Assembly: GCF_009914755.1 (NCBI RefSeq)
Contig: NC_060925.1
From: the human T2T-CHM13v2.0 reference genome, Homo sapiens
Strand: one strand, 5' to 3'
DNA length: 64,000 bases
Below the pieces are notes generated by a model. The model was given only the letters and a program-made list of their open reading frames with translations, was not told where the DNA came from and searched no databases. Within the stretch, counting starts at the first letter, position 1. Each line of letters begins with the position of its first letter. This document shows, one piece after another, positions 49,370 to 64,000 of the stretch. Made by a program: the position numbers and the translations under genes.

Positions 49370-52177
49370 TGCTGTTTTAAGCCACTAAATTTTAGGGTGA
49401 TTTGTTAAGCAGCAATAACACTGTTGTGAATATGTGGAAGTATTTTTGTATATTTGAAACACTTCTTTAGGAGTCTGTTTTCAAGAAACACTTCTTGTTC
49501 CATTTCTAATATTTAAATGTAAGTGATGAAACTAAAATCCTTTTCAATTGAAAAAAAGTAAAAGACTGGCTTTTTTAACTCGGCAAAATCAAATCAATTT
49601 AGACATGTTGAGCTTACTGAGAATTAGTAGCAATCACTTATATTCAACAGTCAGCTAAAAGATACCTAACTGTTCAAATCTGATCATATTAAAAGGAGTT
49701 AGAAACTACTGAATTATAAAACCAAATGATAATGTGTTATCCAAGTACAATTTCAAATTCAACAGTAAGCTCTCTGGAGGTAACATCATCCACAGCGTTG
49801 GGTAAAATATCCTAGTTTGCCAACCCACTGGCATAAATACCAGCAGTTGCCAAATCTTCACTTAACACACAATAACCAAAAATGTAAATGCATCCAACCT
49901 ATGAAAAGATAGTTCCTATCCACCCCATCAAGAATCTGGAAATAAAGACTAGTTTTTTTGACAAGGCGAAAAGTAACAGATCACAAGAGAGATGTAGAGT
50001 TTGTTTTAAAGAATAACTTAGCAGTAAGAGGATTAAATGATGTGACAATTCCAAAAGAAGATAACAGGAATTAGGAATTGGTCCAACAAAAGCAAAAGAG
50101 ACCCAAGGAATCAGATGTAGCCAGTATTATCCAGGTGACACATTTAAGGGCAGGGCATATGATGCACAAAGAAGCCTATTCTTATCAAAGCAATTAATGC
50201 ATCTGGTTAGATAGTAGCTTAATTACACTGGACACTAAAAACACCCAAGTAATCTCCCTGGCTCCAACTCTGCTTACCAAGCCACCTTCTTAAAGAACTG
50301 GCTTCCTCCTATAGCCAACCATGCCAATCACCAAACACAACCATCCTTGTCCATCTAAGAGTTGTTTTTTTTCCTTAAAAAAAAAAAAATCAGCAGACTG
50401 CATTTTGGTTTTCATACATTAGCCTCTTGTTGTTCTGGTTAGTGTGGGGTCAATATCGCAACCCAGTCATCTGAATTAGTAATAACAGTCCATTTCAAGA
50501 TCTACAAACTGAGAACCATGACTTGGGGAGTCCTATCATCCCCAGCAATAAAATAAATAGACCTTGTACTCTTTCTTGTAATGAAACATTAAGTGGAATT
50601 CCTAACTGCCCCACCAATAGTGTGTGCTCTCAAATCTCTGGGAGAAACACACACACGTACACTGTTTATCCCATCCTGAATCGTAAGTTTATAAAATAAA
50701 AAAACTTATGAAAAGTAAAAAAAAAAAAAAAAAAAAAAATTCAGTAAGCTTATCTATGAGGCTTCTGGAAAACAAAATAGAAGTCAAGCACTGGTTTACA
50801 AGCAATGTCAGCCACTTGAGACACTTCTTTTAAATTTGTCTGGAAACACCTTTTTTCCTTTCCATCTAACAAAAAAGAACAATACGCAAAACCACACTTA
50901 ACACTTAACAATCAATCATGTCATAAACCCCTACACCAAGAACCCTTAAAACATGGATTAAGACAATAAAAAGTGGAGAATATCAAGAAACTCTAAGCTT
51001 CTTATTTTAAGAACAGTGATAAAGACCCATGAATGCTCTGAAATCACTTTATTTTAAACTAGTTTTAAATCCCAGCTGTGTGAATTTTATCCTCTTCTGC
51101 TTTTTCTCACCTATAAAATGACCTATTGTGTACAATGAAAGAGATAACACATGTAATGACATAATACAATGCTGAAACAGTAAACAAAAAATCAGCTACT
51201 ATCCTTCTTTAAAAGAGCAAAGTAGCAGCCAATAGACATCACAATACTAATGATTTGTCAATGAAATGCTCCTATGTCAAACTATCAGACACAGTGATCA
51301 TGGCATCACCTAGGCCATGTCAGTACAAACCTCATTACATTAACTACCCCAACAAAACAACACTACAAGAACCATGATTACGGCTTTTCAGGAACTGCAG
51401 AGGCAAGACAATTATTGCCTGGACTTGTTTGACCATACCGCCACTAATATTTGAATAGGGATTTATCAATGAGGTTTACTGATGATCTCAACAGTAAAAG
51501 GGCTCTCCAGCAACTACTCTGTACTCAAAAGGAATAAAATATTAGGTAACTGCTTACACACTCAATACAGGCTGCACAGAGCATCTCTCAGAGCAGAAAT
51601 TGAGCATCTTAAGAAATACTACTAACATGGATGTTACAACCCTGCAGACGTGATCAGTTTGATCATGTTATTATCTAGCATCTCTAACTTACAACACAAG
51701 CTTAGTTTCACTGGAATGCAGCCAATGCAGGAAACAAATGCTTGATATTTAACTAGCTGGTAAGACAGACCAACAACCAAAACAATTATTAATCTCTTAG
51801 TATATATCTCACCACACTCTCAGTACATTAAGAGAAGATGACATCAACTCAGAGAAAGGACCTTTCAGAACTAACTGAAATGAGGAAGTTTGATTGGTAA
51901 CCACTGATAATCACAGGTCTTACTTGTAAAAATTTTGTATTTTTCACAACTTATGTAGTCTCTCCATACCACAGACTGTTGTTGTGAAATCAAGTGAGAT
52001 AGTATATGAAGTGCTTTTATAAATACTAAGAACTATACTGATATTAAGTTATACTAAAGCTTTATTTAAAGCTTTAACTTATTAAAACATATCTTTAAGA
52101 AAAGCCAAGTTCATTCATTCCTGGTTAGCGTAATTCTTTTGGAAGGGCCTCAGAAACTACATACGTATCAAAAGTCA

Positions 52178-53133
<956 letters not shown>

Positions 53134-53429
53134 AAGCAAGCAAACAAGTTGTAGTACAACAATGTAAGCTCACCAAAAATAGCCATAATGACTACATGTA
53201 ATATTTATAAAATAACATTAAATTTTAAAAGTAAAATACAAAATTGTACATGTAAAGACTGCTTCTCCTCATGCATTCTTCCCTTTTGGATCAAGACTGG
53301 AAAGAAAAATAAAAGCAGAAGAGTGTTTGTTAGTGCACTGGGATTGTGGATTACTTAATTCAAAATATACTTTTGTTATGATTTTCAACTAATTCTCTAA
53401 TAAATAAAACTGAGATTATGGTGGTCTGA

Positions 53430-54129
<700 letters not shown>

Positions 54130-54220
54130 ACTTCAATACAATTTCAAAAGGGCAAAAGTTAATAGCAATTTTAAGAAGAGAGCTCATGTCCTAAATTTCA
54201 AATATTTTTAAGCAAGCTGA

Positions 54221-54453
54221 TACAGGCTTAGCATCCTTAATCCAAAAAAATGCAAAATTTGAAATGCTCTAAAATCCAAAACTTTTTGATTGCCAATGTG
54301 ACAGTCAAAGGAAATGCTCACTGGATCATTTCAGATTTCACGTTTCCAGATTGGGCTGTTCAGCTAGTAATTATTATGCAAATATTCCAAACATCAAAAA
54401 ATTCCAAAACATTTCTGGCCCCAAGTATTCTGGGTAAGAGATACCCAACCTGT
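54221..54453. mobile_element. Tigger4a/MER46A-like element
   Basis: TA-caggcttagcatcc ... gatacccaacctg-TA terminal inverted repeats. Confidence 0.8.
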
Positions 54454-55575
54454 AATAAACTTCCAACTCATTTTGAAAATTGTTGCTTAAATAAGGAATG
54501 TTAAAAATGTTGAGTGTTCCATCACAAGCCAGTTTTTTTAATTAAAAATAAGTATATAAAGCAAAGAATTTTTAAGTTTTCACCTTCTCTTTCAGTGAAG
54601 GAATAAGATCTTCCAAATTCTCGTTTTGCATTTATATATATGTATATATTCGTGGTATTAAAAATAATCTACATATAAGCAGAGTGAAGTGCATCCACTT
54701 TAATCAGTTACTCAATACTTACATGTAAAGATGTTAAATGTTAAAATTTGTGTTCTCATTAATTTAATTCAAATCACCAAAAAAACTGTCTAAGAATCAA
54801 CATCTCCAATAATTTTCTTCATATTTCTCTACTAGGTATCATCACAATCTGGCATGCAGTAATTACTGCTTAAAATTTTTACCCTGTTGTTTCAAATGGT
54901 TACTACTGAAAACAGATTACCATAGACATGGTGGTGTCTTAACAAAATGCCTCTTTTGGCTGAAATCTAATATACTGCTTTTAAAAAAAGCAAACTTTAA
55001 TCTGTTGCATAATTATAATTATGCAGTATATAAATTAACAGATTTTTTAAAGGTTTTCCCAGGTTATTAAGCACCTTTTATAAGCACTGTTGATACCTGT
55101 ATCTAATGCCTTTAAATAACACTTCCTCCACTAAGGATGAAATCAAGGAGATCGCAGAGTATAGGACAAGATGAGGTAATCTGATCTTCTCTCCCACAAC
55201 TGGGAAATCAACACTGCTTTTCTGACTATTGAAAAAATAAATTTCAGTATTTGAAGTACTTGCTGATGCCCAAAAGTACTACTTGCACACACCCTAAAAT
55301 GCACAGCCTGCATTAGCCACTATTGGAAAAAACAAAAAAAGCAGTAAAAGACATTCTTTGCCCTGAAGGAACTTAAAAGATTAAAAAGAAAAACCAGAGT
55401 CAAACGGACACGTAATTTTAAGATAAGCACACTGCCTAATAATGGAGTATAGACTGCTAAAATTCACAACCTACTACAGATGAAGAAAGGAAGAGTAACC
55501 AACCACACCAATGAAGAAATGAACCTGGGATAGGATGGTCAAGAAGTATCTTAAAGAAGGGGACAGAATTTAGAG

Positions 55576-55792
55576 CAAGCTTGTCCAACCCGCAGCCCAG
55601 AACTGCTTTGAATGTGGCCCAATACAAATTCATACACTTGCTTAAAACATTATGAGATTTTATTTTGCGATTTTTTTCTTCTTTTTTTTTTTTAGTTCAT
55701 CAGCTATCACTAGTGATAGTGTATTTTATGTGTGGCCCAAGATCACATTCTTCCAATGTGGTCCAGGGAAGCCAAAAGACTGGACAACCCTG
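55576..55792. mobile_element. MER30-like hAT-Charlie MITE with perfect 8-bp TSD ATTTAGAG
   Basis: TSD at 55568-55575 and 55793-55800; TIRs caagcttgtccaa / tggacaaccctg. Confidence 0.88.
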
Positions 55793-56226
55793 ATTTAGAG
55801 TGAGTGAGACAGTGCAAAGGACCTTCTACAATGAACCAAGGTAGGCAGAAATGAAAGCAAGTGGAGCAGGTGCCCACCTGGAAACTGGCCATCAACACAG
55901 GGTAGCAATAAGAAGAGGGTGAAAAATCACTAATGTCAGCTGTCAGTGAGACTACAAAAAGCACCCCTAGGGCTCTAATCCAATAGGCAACAGTAGTAAC
56001 ATTATAAAATTTATCTTTAAAAGATTGATCTGACAGTCCTCCATAAAATGGGGTGAAGGAAAGCAAATGAATATTGGGAGTCTAAGCAAAGAGGCCAATG
56101 TAGTAATCCAGATGTGAAATGGTAAGAAAAGGAACTGTGGAAGTAGGGGCAAGGACAAAATTGCTGCTGAGAGACTCTTTTCAAAGCAAGTGTTTTTGTT
56201 TTTGTTTTTTTAAGCTATATAATTTT

Positions 56227-56847
<621 letters not shown>

Positions 56848-57227
56848 CTATAAATTTCAAAAGAGTCATTGCCCATTATGATGATCAAGAATGAATTCAC
56901 TAAGTATACATAAGCCAGTCTATCATTGGAGTTCTTTTAATTAGGAATCTATTCTGCAGAGACAGCTGAGTGCAAAAGCTAAATGAAAACAGAATCCATT
57001 AAGTCTCCTGTGGGGTACATGAAGAAAAAGAAAATTCAAAAATAAAAAATAAAAACACAAACAGATCCAAATGTGTGCATATAGTATCAAAAGTTTAAGT
57101 TTTATGCATTCAAAGGGTATTGAGGCTGCCCTGAAGATCCTCTATAGGCTGCTGGGCGACAGTAAGAGCAAAAAGAGCAATCAAGTTGAGATAAGAATTT
57201 GGTAGCTTTTAAATTTTAGGACAACCA

Positions 57228-57549
<322 letters not shown>

Positions 57550-58066
57550 TTAGATATTAGATAGAATTGCAAACTTGATGACTACCATTAAACTTCAAAA
57601 CGCACAGGGGTTTCCTGTTTTCTGCACACACCAAAGAATACAACCCTGTCTGTCAACGACTTCATCCTAGAAACCAAGCACATCAAAAGATATCATTCAT
57701 ACTTTCATAAAGCAAGTCCATTAAAGAACATTCAGAAATACTGTTAGCACCTTACACTCCATGTTATTTTGTCATGAATTAACCTGAACAGGCTCCCATA
57801 CACGTGCCCTTCTGAATCTGAAAGTAAAGGTTTCTTTATACCTTCACATTTTGTTAATGGAACAGAGCCAAGAAACTTCTCTTCTCTACTGTCTTCATAA
57901 AACCTGACAGACTGACAGTAAAGTATGTTGATAAAATGATGAAATTCCCAGAGTGAATCGGGCTTTTCTGCATGATACAGGAACAGCATATAAGGGATGT
58001 TATGTTATCTACAGGTTACCTATAAATAAGGTCACGTGTTTTTACATATGAATAAACTACACAAGG

Positions 58067-58555
58067 TTTTTTTTTTTTAGATTCAGAGAGCAAATGTGCA
58101 GGTTTGTTACATGGCTATAATATATTGTGTGATGCTGAGATTTGGGCTTCAACTGAACCTGTCACCCAAATAGTGAACATAGTTACCCAATAAGTAGTTT
58201 TTCAACCCTTGCCTCCCTCCTTCCCTTTCCCTTTTTGGAGTCCTCAGGGTCTACTGTTCCCTTCTTTATGTCTATGTGTACCCAATGTTTAGTTCCCACT
58301 TACAAGTGAGAACATGTGGTATTTGGATTTCTGTTCCAGTGATTAATTCACTTAGGATAATGGACTCCAGCTGCACCCATGTTGCTGCAAAGGACATAAT
58401 TTCATTCTTTTTTTATGGGTGTAGGTGTACCACATGTTCCTTATCCAATTCACTGTTGCTGGGCACCTAAGTTGATTCCACGTCTGTGCTATTGTGAATA
58501 GTGCTGCAATAAACATGCAAGCGCAAGTGTCTTTTTGGTATAACAATTTATTTTG
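58067..58555 (-). mobile_element. 5'-truncated L1 (L1PB/L1MA-like; ORF2 end plus 3'UTR)
   Basis: ORF 58352..58546 KDTCACMFIAALFTIAQTWNQ is the L1 ORF2 C-terminus; polyT; actaca..ggttt flanking repeat. Confidence 0.9.
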
Positions 58556-61020
58556 ACTACATGGTTTGATCTATAGCATAACCACATTCATTTTATAATA
58601 GGTATTCACTTTAATAATTACATATTACAGTACTTGTGAGCCCAGTATACAAAAGATAAGCTCCAGACCCCTCAGGATACTGTAAAGTTCACAAATACAA
58701 TGATGAAAACATCTAGATTGCTTCATGACCCCCTCACACCCCCAAAGCAGGAAGCAAACAGCCCGACTGAGATAACAAAGAATACTCCGCATCAAGATGG
58801 GACCAAATACTCTAATAAACCCACACCCAGTTAGCCTCAGGGAATTTTAAATTTTTGATCTGAAAAAGACAAGGATCTCAACCCTGAGTTCCCCTTTTCC
58901 TTCATTATAGGAAACAAATATTTCATAGATATGCCTGCTATGTATATAGGGAATACAACACAGAAAATAAACTTTTGCTACATGCTTCACCTCAATGAGA
59001 ACCACATCATGCACCAATTAATCAAAATACAATGGATTTGCTTTGATGTTATGGTTCCTTATTAGCAAGGTTACAGTAACCAAGAAGGAATTACACACAA
59101 CATAGTTTAATACCAGCTTGAGAAAGCAATGGAACAAAAGTAATTCTATTTTTCTAAACATCATTATGTCTGGTTACTGTATATATAATGAGGATATATT
59201 TCCATGCTCCAACAGATGGCCCAGAGAAAGTACCATCGATCTGTAACAACGTAACAACTATATTAAACAAAAGATCCTTTATTTAAAAATGCCTTTATAT
59301 ATCGGATTCAATTTGGGTAACAGCACTGCTGATTTATTGTTTGTCTTCTATATTTTTGCAAAAGTAGCTAATGAATAGCTTTTAAATGTACATATTTGCA
59401 GACAGCCTGAATATATGCTTTCAGTTTTGTCTGTTCTTTATTCTCTCCCTGTACACTCCAACATCCCTGAGAGCAGAAAAGTCATGTGAACAGAAAATAC
59501 AACCAATATTTACTAAATTGAACTGAGCTCCCTTGGGGGATAGACAAGGATACCAATTTCTGATGTAAAAGGAAAAATAAAGAGGAAACTATGCTTAGGA
59601 AAAAATATTTACTGATATGATTCTTTCAATACAATATATTTAGCAGCTATTGTTTACAAAGCACATTATTAGCTGAAGCCCCACCCTCAACAAACTTTTG
59701 TATGAGAAAAAAGAAAACATCACCATATATACACAAATCATTATGTATAAAACAAACTGGGCCATGATTGTTGAAACAGTACTTTAGAGTCCAGCATGCA
59801 AAAGATAAAGCCCAGACCATCTGGGTATCATCTGGGGCTTTGATAAGCCACAGATCATCATTTGTATCATCTTTGTAAGAATACTACAAATCACTTGCTA
59901 CTTGAATTCCCCTTCACAGCTTCTAATGGGAGGGAGCAAAAAAGCTTTAATAGGGGAGCTGATATCTGAAGCTAAATCTTGAATAAGTAGACTGTGAATA
60001 TGCAGAAACCAACCAGAAAAACTCAGGATTTGAGTTATAAGAGATCTGGGTTCAAACAGAGGCTTAATGATTACATTAACTTCTCTAATCCTTGTTCACC
60101 CCATCTAAAAAAAAAAGGCATCATAATATTGCAGGACCACCCTAAAAACTGTAACATACATGAGGTGATTAGCATAGTTCTGGGAAAATTGTATACACTC
60201 AATATTTTGTAGCTATTATTACTTCCGAGCCTAGAAAAAAAAAAAAACAGAATTTGAAGATAATCCCCATCTTGACACTTAAGAATTTAGCTGGAGTCAT
60301 TTAATCTTAGGGCTCATTCTGCTCATCTAAAAAAAAATGGGAATAATACCTCTCAAAAACCTACTGGGAGATTCATATCGATAATGATATCATATAGATC
60401 ATTATATTGAAAAGTGTTACCATTTATTAGTCTTCCCTCCAATAAAGCATGCTAGTATGGATAAAAGAGTAACATTTTAGCCAAAGGAGGTTGATGAAAG
60501 GGAAGAAATTTAATGAAGACAAAGTAAGCAGCATGTGGATCTTCTGCTGCAAGAGTATGATTTGCTGCATTCAAACATTCCAAGACAGCTTAACATCTAC
60601 ATACAGTAGTATGTTCCTGGTCTTCCCAGTGCAGGTTAGAAGACAGACAGAAGAATGGGTGGGGTTTGCACATTGGTCTCAAAGTCAGGACAGACCTGGG
60701 AACTACGTTCCAAATCAGTTATGACCACATTTCCTGGGTTAGAAAACACCTTCTCCTATCTCGTTCCTCAAAGTGCCCAATCCCAATCCCAAAATTATTA
60801 TTTTGGGTCCCAGGAACTTCCTCAAACAATACTGATAAAAAGGTCACTTTACCTCTAACAGTCATTAACCTAAAATAAGCCATCTACCAAGATCTTGTTC
60901 CTCCAGACCACTTGGCGTGGTTAGCTGTTTTTTCTAAAATAAACATTTCAAGAACAAGATGTCAAAAAAATACCCAAAAAACATAAAGTTAAGGGAACTA
61001 GGGTGTTTTTACTATTCCTA

Positions 61021-61371
<351 letters not shown>

Positions 61372-61805
61372 TTACACTGCTTGGTCACATATTTTTATAT
61401 TAATATACCTCAAGGCATTATTAATTTTTCATCCCTTCAGCAAGAAAGTGTATATGATTTTGCTGGCAGACATCTTTCCAAAACTCAGTCCATTTTGGAG
61501 TCAACTGTGCTGCTTTTATGGCACCCTAATTGCAAAGAACTGCCAGTGTTAATTTAAGGTAGCCCTCCCAGAGCTGTGGATTCTAGAAGTACTTTTAGCT
61601 ATTCAAAAGCCTCCAATTCTATTAAGACACTGTTTGCCATAATAGAAAGATGTGGGAAAAAAATTTAACAGATTTAGTCTCCATACTGGAGTCAGGCTAA
61701 TACTTGCCTTGACTCCAGTATTACCATCCCACGAACTCTGATGGACACTTCAGTGTCTTGGGCAGCTGCAGACAGTGAATAAGTCACTTTAAAGAACCCA
61801 ACGAA

Positions 61806-62127
<322 letters not shown>

Positions 62128-63699
62128 TCACAGGGGGGAAAGTCAATCTAAAAGGATATCTTTTAGACACTCTCTACTATATCCTAAAAAGGCCAGAACA
62201 ATTCCTCTTTTCTATCTTTTTAAAGAGAGAAAGAAGGGCAAGCTCCCAGAATCTTAGACCTGAAAAGGTCCTAGGAAACTATCTAGTCCAACATCTTTGT
62301 CTTACGGGTAGAAAAAAGTAAGTGCAAAGAAGATGAATGTTTGAACCTAGGCTCTAAGAAGTTGTGGCGTCAGAGTTCTGGCCCAATCCAATGCTACCTC
62401 TATCCCACCAAATTTTGCCTTTCTTTGGATTAACAGCTCACCCAAATCACTATCCAATTCCTCCCTCTATAAGCCACTCTGCTATCCCACACCTATGGAT
62501 CAAGTACTATATAATGTCTAATGAGAATATAAAGCTACAATTTAAATATATCTCAGGTTATCCTAATTCCTGTGAATAAGGTAGGATTTGTTATCACTCT
62601 GTATATAGGAGCACTTTCTAGATTTCCTTTGTCAGGTTTACAAACTTGTTATAATCAAGGGTATGTTTTTCTATGCTTCAGCTTTCTAAGACAAAGGTGA
62701 AGAGTCACATATCTAAATACAATCCATTTGTTGTAGAAATAAGCTAGTATTCACTACTATTTTAACTTCCCTGGAAGTTGTCAAGTTCACTACACATAAA
62801 ACATTAAAGAATCTTAAGGGAAAAAAAGGTCCTTGATTTTTAAAAGTTAAAAAACCAATTATGCGAACAAAGTACCTTTCTGTCAACCTCTCAAAGTACT
62901 TTCCAACTACAGCTTCTTTTTTAAAAATCCATCCTTTTCTAGGTCATGAACAGTAACAATGCTGCCAACCTAAAGGTGGAGCAAACAGGTTATGCAAGAT
63001 CATAAACCAAACCAATTTAGAAATAGAGCCCAGAAGCCCAAGGTCAGTGAGCCTTCCTCTCTACTACAAACATCCTTTTCTAGAATCATCGATTAGCAGA
63101 CTGATCTCTTCATATATAAATAAAAGCTGCTAAAGTATGTGCCTTTAAACTTCTCAGGGCTTTAAGCCAAATGAAAGGGGCTAACAAGGAAAGTAGACAA
63201 AATTTTTAAATAATTTGTGGCCTTGATCCTAAGATCTTTTCCTATCTTCTTTTTTATATTAGCTTTGTAGAATAGGAAGCACATAAAGCACTTGTACTAT
63301 GAGTCCTTCAGCTAAGAACAGCTTGGAGAGTGATATTTTTAAGTAGTCACCTCTTAGCAAGATTTCTTCTAAGAAATACTCTAAACCTTTCAAAGTGACA
63401 CCAAGAGGCCAACAGTGGCTTTGAAGAAAAAAACGTAACAAGAGTCAACCAGCACTAATTTTCAACTACTAGAAATCAATTACTTTGAATGGAACCAATT
63501 CTATTTGAATTCTAAAGACTCCATACATTCTTTACATAACTAGCATTTACCCTAATGACTCACACAGATGCACACGCGCATAGGTGCCCACACATCCACA
63601 AAGAAACCAAATAACTCAAACGAAGATATGGTGCCTAGCTTAAAAGTCATGCAATTTACTTCTAGTGTTTATATGGGTAAATACTGGTTTGTTTTTTGT

Positions 63700-64000
63700 C
63701 TTTTTTTTTTTTTTTTTTTTTTTTGAGACGGAGTCTCACTCACTCTGTTGCCCAGGCTGGAGTACAGTGGCACTATCTGGGCTCAGTACAACCTCCACCA
63801 CCTGGGTTCAAGTGATTCTCCTGCCTCAGTCTCCCAAGTAGCTGGGACTACAGGCGCACACCATCACGCCCAGCTAATTTTTGTATTTTTAGTAGAGATG
63901 GGATTTCACTATGTTGACCAGGCTGGTCTCAAACTCCTGACCTCAGGTGATCTGCCCACCTCGGCCTCCCAAAGTGCTGGCATTCCAGGCGTGAGCCACC
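63700..64000 (-). mobile_element. Alu (S-like), runs off the window end
   Basis: Reverse dimer after polyT. Confidence 0.94.

Larger units (their letters stand above)
48413..49420 (+). mobile_element. MLT1-type MaLR solo LTR interrupted by an Alu and (CA)n
   Basis: tgtggttagcag start, gtaatccccttccc, end tgttttaagccactaaattttagggtgatttgttaagcagcaataaca. Confidence 0.75.

Overview
Primate (human-like) genomic DNA lying entirely inside PUM1 (Pumilio RNA-binding family member 1), which is transcribed on the minus strand. Eleven GT-AG coding exons (exons 4-14 by the usual numbering; 109, 179, 167, 271, 94, 102, 152, 139, 144, 297 and 237 nt; 1891 nt total) splice into one stop-free frame. They encode the N-terminal low-complexity/repression region ([12 protein letters not shown]...SSSLNLG). 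The start codon and the PUM-HD repeats lie outside the window. One intronic box C/D snoRNA (SNORD85/SNORD103-family, guide to 18S rRNA) is at 6384-6458. The rest is intron containing about 40 Alus plus MIR, L2, L1, MaLR-LTR and DNA-transposon fossils; most ORFs in the supplied track are Alu-derived or chance ORFs. I found no convincing new gene or new biological system. The best leads are: a triple in-frame acceptor with an AG|GTATGT recursive-like site at exon 9; a stop-free, frame-closed exon 6-7 circle; a candidate poison or terminal exon after exon 7; an extended stem around the distally placed snoRNA; a locally templated ~185-bp insertion inside an Alu; young tandem duplications; and a perfect 16-bp hairpin. 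Exon numbers, repeat family names and literature links come from memory, not from a database search.
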